Source: Eledone cirrhosa
Taxonomy: Eukaryota
DNA length: 64,000 bases
Assembly: GCA_964016885.1 (NCBI GenBank)
Contig: OZ024741.1
Location: 271,994,001-272,058,000, forward strand
Direction: 5' to 3'
Shown here piece after piece: positions 1-12,591 of this stretch; position 1 is the first letter of the stretch; each line of letters opens with the position of its first letter. The position numbers and the translations under genes are program-made. The notes under the pieces were generated by a model. The model was not told where the DNA came from, ran no database searches, and saw only the letters and a program-made list of their open reading frames with translations.

Positions 1-2793
1 TCAGACATAGACATATACCTCCACAAATACTGCAAAGTTTAGTCCACTTGTCTCAAATATTTCACTAGATAGACAAGCAGAGGTATGTAGATAGAAGACA
101 GATAGATAGACAAACAGATAAAGAGGTATGTAGACAGCGAGATAGATAGATATAGACAGATAGAGAGGTGTGAAGACAGACAGAGAGATAGACAGGGAGA
201 GATGTCTGTAGACAGACAGTGAGATAGACAGGTAGATGGATAGATATGTAAATATTTACGTACATATTTTATAGATATATAATCACGGGCTAACTTTACT
301 CAATTCGCAACAAAAAAAGGCTTTGATTAAAAATAATTAGTATTGTTGTTTGGACCCAGATTAGCCCTGAATGAGCATAATACCCACAACCAAAAGCATA
401 CCTCTTCGACAATCTCGTTTTTTAGGGTATCTATGGCTACATTATCCAATGTGTCCTCTCTTTTTGAAGACGCTAGGTGGATATGATTAGGAGCGATACG
501 GCTTATTCTAGTGATTATATAGAGACTTTCCCTTGTTAGCTGGCAGGGACAGGCATTCGCCTGCTGAAGCCATAGGCTATATTTGAGGCCCTTCTGTAAA
601 AAGATGGGGTATAAAAATTTAAAATAATTATACATGATAATTATTTTTTATATTAATGTTAATGATAAATAATAAATAATATAAATATACACATGGTCTT
701 GGATACATTTTGTCTAGGCAATATCAATTGATGTATTATTGTATGTGTGTGTATATATATAATTTTTGATGATTTAATATTAAAGAAAACCAATGATAAA
801 ATATATTTAAAACAATGAGGATGTGTGGCCCCAAGCTATAGCTTATTTAGCTTATAGGTAAGTCCAACACTGTTAGCTGGGGGTTATATTGCGTTCCAAT
901 TTTCGAGGTCGATAAATAAAGTACCAGTCCGATATTGGAGTCGATTCTTTCTTTCTCTCTCGAATAAAACGATTGTGTTCCGATCTGGCAAGGGATGATG
1001 CCGAGTCAGGAAACCGCTCCAACGATACCATCAGGAGTTACGGACCCTCTATCTACGTTGTCCACATTGTAAACGATTTAATTGAAAATATCGTTGAAAG
1101 GAAACATCATACACAAACATTGAGACATTAAAGATAGATAGATCAATACTGCCTAATTTCTTTTCTAGAGTCACAGACAGACAAACATATCCATCGTCGT
1201 TGTCGCCGTCAGATGAAACATCTTAACTAAATCAATCGAAAACAAAAGAAGTAAGTTTAAGCGACTGTTATCAATATAAATTCGTTGATTTATCAAAGTT
1301 GTCAAAGTACCTCAATAGGTGACACATGAAAGGTAGTAAATAAGTATGACTAAGTGTTAATTATAATGGACATGATAATTTTGACATGTTTCGTTTAGAA
1401 AACATTGTTATAAAAACTCAACTTCCACATTATCTACAGAGTACTCTTTTCTTTCGTTTGAATCCACATCTTTGTTTTTTATGTATCTATGTGTGTGTGT
1501 GTGTATGTATATATATATATATATATGATGATGCTGGCTGCAACTCTATTTCGAGTAAGACATCACTTGATACTTAAGCATGAACATCACGGGGGAGGCT
1601 TTTTAGTCCTGCGAGGGACTTGCCCACGACCAGCAATGCCATGCATCGCAATAAATATCACGTATCAAGCGATGCTTGTGCTTGAAGCTTTTTTAAGTGA
1701 AGAAAAGCTTTGCACGGAGCCAATCCCACTCTCTGAACATCGAATGCATTTGCCCCCAAAGAAGAACTGTATATATATATATATATAAATAAATTTTAGT
1801 ACAGCATTGACGAAGCTTTAGAATACGGCCAAGCTAGCGTATATGCACAATCGGTCTGTAGTTTGAGCACTCAGACGAGGAAAGACCCCAGAGTAATAAC
1901 ATTACGTTCAGACAGCTTAGCAAATCAGATATAGCGGTCGGCAGTCCAGCCGCATCACTAGAGCAACGAAAATACAGGACCCAGGAAAAGATTTTATACT
2001 GACCCGGACATGAGGCTGAGTGCAAAATATATAACTTACATCGTATATCAACAATATACATCACACATACATCCAACATCAGCGCTAAGTTTCTATACAT
2101 ACTTATATATATTATATATATGTGTGTATACCAAAGGTAGAACTCCTTTGAAACATGTGTAAGGGAATAAATATGGTATTTTGAATGATAGAAGTTAATT
2201 TTTCCATCGATGTTCTTGTTTATATATATATAAAGTAATGAAACGAAGCTATAGGACCGACATAGCTTCGGTCATTTCCCCACTAACTCAATAATTTAAT
2301 TAAGTCTGTATTATTAAGACACAAACCCAAGAAAATTAGAGAGACTTATACGTTAATTAGTAAATATATATATATATACATACATACACACACACAGATA
2401 TATTGTAAAACAAAAACCTTATTGTCACTCTCCTTTGTTGGATATAAGCTCTGTGTTTACGTCAATTTTTATGTATTTTCCACATTAAGAATGTCTCTCA
2501 TATCTCCCACATAAACACATTGAGCTTCGTATAAAACTATTTGCCAATCATATACTCTCCTATATAGTTCTCTCTACATACAAATAGTTATATTTTTTAC
2601 CTTTGCTATATGATACACACACATATATATACATATTAATTCAAAATATTAATAAATATAGACATTCAACGTAATCAAAATATATTTTATTATATATATT
2701 TCGGAGGTACTGTGCTGTTTTTTCAGTAAGTGCTTCTAATCTATTATAAAACTATATTCATTGATTAATCAATGAACCTTGTTTAACTTTTGG

Positions 2794-2875
<82 letters not shown>

Positions 2876-3041
2876 GGGTGTTAAAAAAGCCTGCGTGGCT
2901 AAGACTATATATATATATTGAGATAGGTGTTAAAAAGGCCTGCAAGGCTAAGACCATACATAAATATATATATATATATATATCTCCAAAATGTATACAC
3001 ACATCATTAGCATTAGTGTGTATGCATTTTTGGACACCCTG

Positions 3042-3072
<31 letters not shown>

Positions 3073-3228
3073 GTCTGATAGTAGCTAAGATGCTTCCATT
3101 GATGCCGATTGTTGAGCACTCTGCTCTTACAGAGCAGAGTATGATAGAATAGAAAACGAAAAATCATATATATATATATATATAAATGAAAAGTATAGAA
3201 ATTGTTGTAGCGAGAAGCTAACAGTATT

Positions 3229-3286
<58 letters not shown>

Positions 3287-3819
3287 TGTGGTAGGTGTTT
3301 AAAAGGCCTGCGTGGCTAAGACTATATGTATAATGTGTGTGTATGTAGAGAGAGAGATAAAGAGAGGGAAGGGAAAGAGATGATACACAAGACGTCGTAC
3401 ACAAAACTTGAACAATATATTTTACTTACCTTGCGATCCGAGCAAAACAATTTTCGCTTCGATTGATTTGTATGGTTCCGTTTCCTCACCACCTTCCATA
3501 ATGTGTGTGTATTTAATAACAATCGGAGATCGATTTAATGGAAAGTGCGCGACTAACAACAATACTTTTACTACACTTGGCTTTCTTCTTCACTTAATTT
3601 TTTTTCTTTTCTGATTTCCTTTCCTCTCATCCAATACTGATATTAATATTATATATATATTTCCCCCACGATTAAATAATATTAATGTTAAAATCAATAT
3701 GTTATTATAACTAAAAAAAACCCTCCTAACATCGAAAGTTGTTGGACTAAAAAGAAAAACAATCTTTCTATGATACCATTTTTGTTTTGGTCACGTGATA
3801 CTTTCTCCTGAAATGTTTT

Positions 3820-4056
3820 TATATAGCTATAACTTGGGGAAACTCCTATTATTATTCTTTATAACTATAGCAAATTCCTATTATAATATATTTAAAACTT
3901 TAGCAAATTCTTAGTATATATTTATAAGTGTAACATATTCCTATTATTATATAGTTATAATTTTGGCAAATACCTATTATTATGTATTTATAACTTTAGG
4001 AAATTCCTATTGTTATTCTTTATAACTTTAACATATTCCTATTATTATTATTATTA
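3820..4056. repeat. ~37-bp AT-rich minisatellite (ttataactttagcaaattcctattattat-like)
   Basis: About 6 diverged units; the array resumes at ~4590 after the Helitron-like insertion. Confidence 0.7.
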
Positions 4057-4589
4057 CTAGCAGAAAAACCACCCTTCGGGTGGTTTTCTGCTAGCATGTG
4101 TAGTGTGTTTATTGATATTATACGCAAGTATATATACATGTAGATATGATACATCAAATAAAATCGTAATTAACAATGTAAACAGAAATTGAACGAAGAC
4201 GTTGTTACACTGTCTTATGTAATCAGTAACGTAATCCATGATACATTAAAAAAAGACGATATTTATAAACTGCATTAGGAGAAAATTAGTATGTTTATTT
4301 AAGTGATCGCCACCGGAAGTGTTGACATCACACACTCTCTCTTTTTATATATATGGTAGTTGAAGTGGTGGTGGTGGTGGCAACGATATACCGGAAGTGC
4401 AACTTTGAAAAGAAGTTAATTTTAAATTATTTATTTTTACGAAATTATTTTTGTTTACGAAATTTAGTAGATAAATTATGTAATATTCATTCATTATTTA
4501 TTCAAAGTAACTCAACTTATTTTACTAACTGGATAAAAAAAAAATAAACTGTACGCAGTCCCGCAGACCTTCCTTTATTATAGTTTAGA
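4057..4589 (-). mobile_element. Non-autonomous Helitron-like element
   Basis: On the minus strand it starts TC(TAAACTATAATAAAGG) and ends with a GC-rich hairpin (ccacccgaagggtgg) plus CTAG. It sits between A and T and interrupts the minisatellite. Confidence 0.65.
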
Positions 4590-5007
4590 TATATCTGTAA
4601 CTTTAGCAAATTCTTCTTATTTGTTTACATCGTTTGTTTTATACTCATTTTTTTACACGCAGAAACCCATTATGTACCCTCCTGTGCTGTCCTTAATGTT
4701 TTTTTTTTTTTTTTTTGTAAATTATTTGCACTGGGGTCGATTTAATTGACCCCCCCCCCCCAAAAAAAAAAAATGTGTTGGCCTTGTGCCAAGAGTAGAA
4801 ATCATGATTATTCCTCAAAATAGTCTGTTTTGTTTTTAATTAAAAACTTCAAACTGTAATTTTGACTTAACTGAACGATATATAAACTATTATTCTAACC
4901 GAATTACTAAGTTTCTTTGGTGTGTGTGTTTTTTTTTTGTTTTGTTTTTTGAGGGTGGGGGGATAAAACGCTTTACTAAACAATCTAAACTCTAATTCTG
5001 TACAAAG

Positions 5008-5546
5008 GGACTGGTACCCTTCCTGTTCGCCCTTGGTATTGACCACATCACCCGGAGTATCACGGCCCCCTCAACGTTTGGTATCTGGATGATGCTACGT
5101 TGGGCGGGCCCGTACGGACGGTCTGCCATGACCTTCAATCAGTGGTTCCTGCCCTGGCGGGAATCGGCCTCCAGGTCAACTCGGCCAAGTCGGAGATGGT
5201 GAATGTCAGCCTCGATGCTGCGAGCTTTGCATCCTCCCTCTTGGACGTGCGGTCCATTCTCCGCCAGGTTCAAGTAACCCCAAAGAGGATGTCTTCATCC
5301 TCGGGTCACCGATCCACCCGTCAGCCATCCGCTCCACCATCAGGTCCAGGCTTCAACAGTTCCAGACTCTCACGAACCGACTGGGCTTGATTGACGGCCA
5401 CCCAGCTCTCTTTCTGCTGACGAACTGAGGCTCGGCCTCCGGATCTGCTAGCCACACCAATGTCGCAGCCGTTCCACCGTGGACTCTTTCGGCCTCCACC
5501 CGCTTTCCTGTCGCCACACTGCCGACCGCATTCCACGCTGGGTGAA
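5008..5546 (+). pseudogene. Degenerate CRE-like non-LTR reverse transcriptase fragment
   Basis: Translation across a frameshift: PFLFALGIDHITRSITAP/LNVWYLDDATLGGP...GIGLQVNSAKSE (YLDD catalytic motif). Confidence 0.65.
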
Positions 5547-6079
5547 GACAAACTCCAGCTCTCCTGAGAATTTCTTACCACGCCCCTTTATGATCTGAGT
5601 TCAAATCCCGCCGAGGTTAACTTTGCCTTTCATTCTTACAGGGTCGATAAAAGAAAGTACCAGTAATACACTGGAATTATTGCTGGCCTTGTGCCAAAAG
5701 TAGAAACAATTATTTATAAGTTTATTTTCATTATGTCTTATTTTTATATCGTTCGTTTTTTTTCCTTAGTATTTTATAAACTTGTTTTTATTCTTTCCTT
5801 ACTAAGCTGGGTGTGGCAGCTTAGTAAGGAAAGAATAAAAACAAGTTTATAAAATACTAAGGAAAAAAAACGAACGATATAAAAATAAGACATAATGAAA
5901 ATAAACTTATAAATAATTGTTTCTACTTTTGGCACAAGGCCAGCAATAATTCCAGTGTATTACTGGTACTTTCTTTTATCGACCCTGTAAGAATGAAAGG
6001 CAAAGTTAACCTCGGCGGGATTTGAACTCAGATCATAAAGGGGCGTGGTAAGAAATTCTCAGGAGAGCTGGAGTTTGTC
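5547..6079. repeat. Near-perfect 263-bp-arm palindrome containing a SINE
   Basis: 5547-5809 is the reverse complement of 5817-6079, with spacer ggtgtgg. Confidence 0.95.
5587..5713 (+). mobile_element. tRNA-derived SINE (5' truncated); mirror copy at 5913-6039 (-)
   Basis: B-box gagttcaaatccc followed by the family core gcctttcattcttacagggtcgataaaagaaagtaccagt and tail gctggccttgtgcc. Confidence 0.85.
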
Positions 6080-6611
6080 AGCTCCTTCATTTACCTGGGC
6101 TCAACAGTCACCAGCAATGGAGATCTGGCCCCGAGATCAACCGCAGATGTGGTCTGGCTGCCGGGGTCATGCACTCTCTATGGAAGTCCATTTGGCGCCA
6201 CTGCTCTATCTCCTGGAAGATGAAGCTCCGTATCTACAACATGTCCTCACCGTTCTCCTCGAAGGAGCAGAAACATGGCCTCTCACAAAGACCTTGGAAA
6301 AGAGAATCGTTGGCGTCAATAGCAGAGCATGAGATGGTACCACGTTTCCAACAAAGAGCTGCATGCACACACGCATCAGCCCGCAGTCTCCCACCTTATA
6401 GCCACCTGCTCCTTGCGCAGATACGGACATGTCCTCTGCCTATCGCCAGATCATCCTACCAGGGCCTTACTCTCGTTTGACGCAGCAGCTACAAGCTGGT
6501 TGTGATTAAGGAAGATCTCCAGAGGCTCAGCGTCACCTTCTTCTTCTCCCCCTCCTACCCCTCCTCCTCATTCTTCTTCTTCTTCTTCTTCTTCTTCTTC
6601 TTCTTCTTCTT

Positions 6612-6640
<29 letters not shown>
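6060..6640 (+). pseudogene. Degenerate RTE-clade LINE 3' fragment followed by a (TTC)n tract
   Basis: ELEFVSSFIYLGS...EINRRCGLA...KMKLRIYN...LLEGAETWPLTK, typical of the RTE RT C-terminus; frameshifted. Confidence 0.75.
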
Positions 6641-6642
<2 letters not shown>

Positions 6643-7268
6643 ACACCTTGACCACCTTGACCATGTTAGTGCGGTCAGATTTAATATAACACCTTGACTA
6701 CTACTGTAGTTGTTAGTGTGGTTAGTTTTAATATAGCATTTTGACCACCACTACTGTAGCTGTTAGTGTGGTATACATGAACGACTCCTGGTCTTCCACA
6801 AACACACCTTGTCCAGACTTATGCCTCGGAGGTGGTGGTGGGATCTAGGTGAAAATCCCGTGGTCATTAGTGACCGAAGGGGGTCTTTACCCTCTATTAC
6901 CTCCCGTATTATCTGATTGTGTGGTCAGATTTAACAAAACAGCCTGACTAGAGTATTATCAGATTTTATATGGGGAGACGGCTACAATATATTCATACCA
7001 ATTATGTTTGTATATTTGGCTGCTCTCTGTCACCACACCACTCCACCACTCCACCACTTCACTCAGCACCAATCCACTTCACCCCACTCCACCCCACTCC
7101 ACAGAGGGGAGAACAATTAAAGGTCCACTGTGTGTGTTTGTCACGCCCACAGGAAATGAAACAAATAATCCGGTACCTATAATATGTTAACAGGTAATTA
7201 CAGGTATGTGACTGGTATCTGTTCTGTGTGCTTTCTTGTGAGTACATGTGTGTGTATGCATACACACC

Positions 7269-7358
<90 letters not shown>

Positions 7359-7710
7359 GGTGTACATTTTTAGTTTTATTAAGGCATAACTGCCAACATA
7401 ATATTACAAATAAAAAGAGAAAAAAGTAAGAAAAGGGAAAGGAAAAAGGGGAAAAACACACACAAGCAGGTAATACATACATCTAGGACCACATACAACA
7501 AAAGGCAGGTGAAAAGGGTGGACAAACGAATCACTGCCAGAGTAAAAGATAACAATATCGTGAGGAGCACTGGGAAACCTCTCTAATAATATTTTAGGCA
7601 AGTCAGCACGTTCGCAGCGTTACCTCGGGTGATATACATATGTAGTAACCTTGACCTATGATGATTTCGCACGAATGAAACAGTTCTAGTCCTGTAGAAG
7701 CTTTTCTATA

Positions 7711-7744
<34 letters not shown>

Positions 7745-7867
7745 GGAGGTGAGTTTTATTGTAGTACAATAAAACAATGCAGATATCGGATAAGAAGCAC
7801 TCTACAGTTTGTAGGACTGGAGTATACATAATATATAATATCAAAAGATGGTTAAATGAGTTCCATG

Positions 7868-7938
7868 TATTTTATTATGCGCATTTCAAAAACAAATATC
7901 ATCATGCAATAACATTTGTGTTTTCATCAGATAAAATA
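7868..7938 (-). ncRNA. Type I hammerhead ribozyme (family A)
   Basis: Reverse complement of 8080-8150. Confidence 0.8.
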
Positions 7939-8079
7939 GGAGGACATGATATGAAGGTTAAAAAAACACTTGTGGATAGTGCAGTTTTAGATCAACATAT
8001 CAACATATCATTATTATTATATGTTGATCTAAAACTGCACTATCCACAAGTGTTTTTTAACCTTCATATCATGTCCTCC

Positions 8080-8150
8080 TATTTTATCTGATGAAAACAC
8101 AAATGTTATTACATGATGATATTTGTTTTTGAAATGCGCATAATAAAATA
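8080..8150 (+). ncRNA. Type I hammerhead ribozyme (family A)
   Basis: tattttat-CTGATGA-[stem II]-GAAA-tgcgca-ta-ataaaata: 8-bp stem I, palindromic stem III (atgcgcat), AUA cleavage triplet. Confidence 0.85.
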
Positions 8151-8180
8151 CATGGAACTCATTTAACCATCTTTTGATCT

Positions 8181-8211
<31 letters not shown>

Positions 8212-8217
<6 letters not shown>

Positions 8218-8638
8218 AGTTCTATTTAAATTGTTGGGATACAACAAGCAAATATTTTTATAACTGATATAAAGCACTCAAGTATTTGGAGTAAACATAA
8301 GATATTAACAAATGGAAACTATATTTATAAAACCATATCTATTTTATTATACATATTTCAAGGACACCATGTTAAATTATGGTATGCTTTCATCAGACAA
8401 AATACAATATATATCGGTTTTACAAATAAATATTGAAATACCCTTACAAAATGCAACCATTACTGTCTTCCAACAGTAATGGTTGCATTTTGTAAGGGTA
8501 TTTCAATATTTATTTGTAAAACCGATATATATTGTATTTTGTCTGATGAAAGCATACCATAATTTAACATGGTGTCCTTGAAATATATATAATAAAATAG
8601 ATATGGTTTTATAAATATAGTTTCCATTTGTTAATATC
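8212..8638. mobile_element. Fold-back PLE pLTR mini-element (family C) in (TA)n
   Basis: Arms 8301-8466 and 8473-8638 are inverted around a 6-bp spacer. HHRs at 8340-8404 (-) and 8535-8599 (+). Similar to the 3' end of the PLE at 39378-41805. Confidence 0.85.
8535..8599 (+). ncRNA. Type I hammerhead ribozyme (family C); mirror at 8340-8404 (-)
   Basis: tattttgt-CTGATGA-aagcataccat..atggtgtcctt-GAAA-tatata-ta-ataaaata. Confidence 0.8.
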
Positions 8639-8705
<67 letters not shown>

Positions 8706-9122
8706 TATATAACTGTAATTATCTCTGTGCGTGTCCCCATTTTTGCAAAGTCTATACAAATCCACATTTCTACTCCGATTGACTTCAAACGTGCATTTAT
8801 ATATTCCTTGCGGTCTAAAGATATTAACTGCAGCTTTTATTTTTCAATTTTCTGTGGTTAAAGGGGTGTTAGGCGCCGGTTATCGATCTCCGTCGCGCCC
8901 TTATAATATCTGTCTGTATGTCTGGCTGTCTGCATAACGACATTATGACCAACAAGTCATTGCTGACGTATTATCTTCGCCACATTCACACACACACACA
9001 CACACAGACACACACACATCACACACACACACATATATATATATATATACATATATATACATATACATATATATGTATACACATCTATATACACATATAC
9101 ATATACACACACATATATACAC

Positions 9123-9174
<52 letters not shown>

Positions 9175-9278
9175 GAAAAAATGTGAAGAATAACATGGTC
9201 AACAGTACAAAAAAGGGGAATTTATTTACAGTCTAACAATTGTTTCTCTGATTGAGTTGTCTAAAAATTGCTGAACAC

Positions 9279-10054
9279 TCCTCTATAAAAACAAAACTAC
9301 CTTATACTTTCTTCAAATTAGTTGACAAACACTTCCCTAAAATTCATAAATATCATAAAATCTTTAATAGAAAAACTATCAAACTATCATACTTCACTGC
9401 CAACACATAGAATCGCACATACATAAAATTAACTATAAAATAATTTATAATGCAAGTAGCCCGCAAATAAGTACCATAACACCAAATACAAAACATAAAC
9501 GTATACCATCATCACAACCAAACACACGTCAGAAAACATCAACACAATACATCAACAAACCCAATTCTCAGCCCATACATAACAATTTACAAAACCATAT
9601 TGAAGAACCAGCACATAGGAAAGCATCTAAATGTAACTGTCATCTACCTGACAAATGCCCATTACAAAATAGATGCCTAGAGTCTAATATAGTATACCTA
9701 TGTACTATAAATTCAGGCAGCTTAGCATGGCACTACATAGGATCTACAGCTGGAGAATTTAAGAAAAGGTGGTATGTCCACAGACACTCTAATATTAACA
9801 GGAAGCTCATAAATACAACAACTCTCGCCAATAAAATCTGCCAACTCAGAGATGCAAACATGGAATATAAAATCAGCTGGATGAAGCTATCAACAGCAAC
9901 GGCCTATCGAATTGGCATGTCCCACTGTGGTCTTTGAAATATGGAGCTTTTCCAAATTTTAAAGTACAACAAAATGCTACTTAGTAAAATTGAAAGAACT
10001 ATTTACTGTAGGCATAAAACGGCGACCAAATTTGAGAACTTTAGACCAGCTTAA
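9279..10054 (+). pseudogene. PLE RT-thumb/linker plus GIY-YIG endonuclease remnant
   Basis: FFKLVDKHFPKIHKYHKIFNRKTIKLSY (frameshift)...KCNCHLPDKCPLQNRCLESNIVY...YIGSTAGEFKKRW...HCGL*NME...CRH. Confidence 0.85.
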
Positions 10055-10860
10055 TTCATCTTATCTATTCCATAACCCAAATTGTACCACTTAGATCTAT
10101 TATAATATCACATCATCATCATTATTGTTATAATTGTCATCATCTATCAATGAACCAACATCAAAACGTCTTATATTTACAATCATATTTTATGTATCTC
10201 TATCTTTCTATCTCTATTTCTCTCCCTAAACTTATTTCATCCCTAGTATTTTATCTTACCATATCATTTTCACTTCTAATATAACATGCAACTAATTAAT
10301 CAAATAATTAATTATATAATTAATTTATTAAAATAACCAATACACACATAAATATATTTAACATTATCATATTTATACCTTCGCATCTCTCTATATTTTA
10401 ACCACTTTCAATAATCTTTATATGTTTAAATTTCTTCGCACATTTTACTTATTTTCATATTTTCATATTTTTATATTTCATATTTTGTATCATTTTGTAT
10501 CATACTCGATATAATTTGTTTAGTTATTCATTTATTTAATTATTTGTTTACATTATTCATGTATTAACATTTATTCATTTATTGTTGATATCATTTTTTC
10601 TCTTACGTCATTTCTCCTCTATCCTTTTCTATTCTTTTTCTATCCCCCTTTCTCTACATCTTTTTTTCTCTCTATATCTTTCTGTTTTCATTTCTCCTTT
10701 TACTTTTTCTTTTTCTTCTTCTTTTTATTTTTCCTTTTTCTTTCTTTCTTTCCTTTATCCATCTCTCTTTCTTTTGTTCTCTCTCTATCTTTATTATTAA
10801 TATTATTATTGATGCTGTAATTTGAATTTGTAGATTTGCCGGTTATATATATTTTTTATA

Positions 10861-10972
10861 ACAGTTTCTGATGACATGATTGAGCTAGCATCGTATTTAA
10901 AATTGAGTGGCACTGCTTCTAGTGTTCAGCAACTTTTAGACAACTCAGTCAGAGAAACAATTGTTAGACTAT
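10861..10972 (+). ncRNA. Hammerhead ribozyme with extended (~80 nt) stem II (family D)
   Basis: acagttt-CTGATGA-..tgattgag..ctcagtca..-GAAA-caattg-tt-agact; palindromic stem III aacaattgtt. Confidence 0.65.
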
Positions 10973-11565
10973 AAATAAATTCCCCTTTTTTGTACTGTTG
11001 ACCATGTTATTCTTCACATTTTTTCAATTTTATTACTCCAAGATAAACTTACATAGGAATACAAGTTAAATCATAAACTCGCCATCTACGTAAACCTCTT
11101 GTCGAGTTAAACAACACCGTACGCTTAAACTACCCACAATAAGAAGTATTCACAACCTCTAAGTGGATTACCTATAACGATATTTTGTTATCCCTTATAT
11201 ATATATATATACATACATATACAAACACATATACACACATATATACATCCACATATACTTATATATAAATATACATATAAAAAATATATCTATCTATCTA
11301 TCTATCTAGGGCGGGTAAAATTCCCGAGATCCATGGACAAGTTCTCTCCAGCGTGGGTTTTGGCCGTGTAAAAAAGATTATAACAAGAAGATAGAAATAT
11401 CAAAAAATTCAAAAATTCCCCAATGGGGGTAAACTTCCGAGGGTCACTCGTGGCGAAAACCACACAAAAGACCACGGCCACCCTGACCACCAGGGCAAGC
11501 GCCCTATCTCAGTTTTCCACTCCCCAGTCTACAGGTGCATAATCAGAGCGGGCCCGGTCAAGCGC

Positions 11566-12095
11566 CAGACATGTCCAGATGCTCGGCACCGCTCTCAAAG
11601 AATATGAAGCAGTGACAGGAGCAAAGTTAAACCAAGAAAAGTCGGTGGGCTTGGAGTTCGGCACCTGGAGAGACAGGTTCATGCCGCCCGACAGCGTCGT
11701 GGGGCTCTGGACGGAAGGACCGGTTAAATTGCTCGGGGTCTGGTTCGGTCCAGACCCCCAGATGGAGAAAAGCTGGAGTGAGGTGACGAACAGGGTGGCC
11801 TCTCTCACCCAGAAATCGGCCAAGAGGAAGCTGTACCTGAAAGGTCGGGCAGAGGTGGCGAATGTGTTCATCGCATCCGTCATCTGCTACCGCCTAACCG
11901 TTTGCCTTGCCCCGGCCCAACTCTGACAAATATGGAGCGCCTCCTCTTCCGTTTTTTATGGAAGGGACGTGTTCCCCTGGTCAGACAATCCATCTGCTGT
12001 CAACACCCATTGCGTGGAGGGCTGGGCATGCCGTGGCTGATGATGTGCAAAGACACGCTGAGGCTGCGACATCTCTGGTGCTTCCTTGACGGTAC
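11566..12095 (+). pseudogene. L1/Tx1-clade RT C-terminal fragment
   Basis: YEAVTGAKLNQEKS...VKLLGVWF...LKGRAEVAN...FLWKG...GGLGMP, frameshifted. It is flanked by ~130-bp direct duplicates (~11222-11352 and ~12166-12287). Confidence 0.8.
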
Positions 12096-12527
12096 AAAAA
12101 TGAGGACACACACACACACAGGCAATTTCACTTTTATATGTATGTATAGATATACATACATATAGAAACACATATACACACATATATATATACACATATA
12201 CATATATATAAATATACACATAAAAATATATCTATCTATCTAGGGCGGGTAAAATTCCCGAGATCCATGGACGAGTTCTCCCCAGCGGTCTCTGTCCCTC
12301 ACTACCGCTGCCATGTCCTGCGTCTCCAACAGACCAGTGTCTGTCCTTAGAGCATCAACATATGTTTACTTCGGTCGTCCTCTTCCAGTGTGTCCATGCA
12401 GGGTCTCCTACAGGAGCACTGAGTGCAGTGCCAACTCAGGATGTTGGTGAGCATGTCCAGTTCGTGAGTTTTTAACAGGCACTCACTAATAAACGTTTCT
12501 CATTGGAGGTGCTATTACTAATGTTCT

Positions 12528-12556
12528 TACCCGTGCAACGCCGGGATACACTGCTA

Positions 12557-12557
<1 letters not shown>
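12528..12557 (+). mobile_element. Helitron 3' terminus
   Basis: cccgtgcaacgccggg hairpin followed by CTAG|T. The same motif occurs at ~22999, ~45088 and ~48673. Confidence 0.6.

Positions 12558-12587
<30 letters not shown>

Positions 12588-12591
<4 letters not shown>

Larger units (their letters stand above)
7741..8190. mobile_element. Fold-back PLE pLTR-type mini-element (family A) in (TA)n
   Basis: Arms ~7829-8000 and 8019-8190 are inverted, each with an HHR; TA tracts on both sides. Same family at 33612 and 34036. Confidence 0.85.
9168..11196 (+). mobile_element. 5'-truncated Penelope-like element (family D) with an inverted partial pLTR at the 5' end
   Basis: 9168-9279 is the reverse complement of 10921-11033. 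It contains a GIY-YIG remnant, an AT-rich 3' UTR and an HHR-bearing pLTR, flanked by TA tracts. Confidence 0.85.

Noticed and set aside
1800-1850. Degenerate hammerhead-like motif (gca-TTGACGA..ggccaag..tgc)
   Set aside because: GAAA is missing and the stems are weak; too decayed to call.
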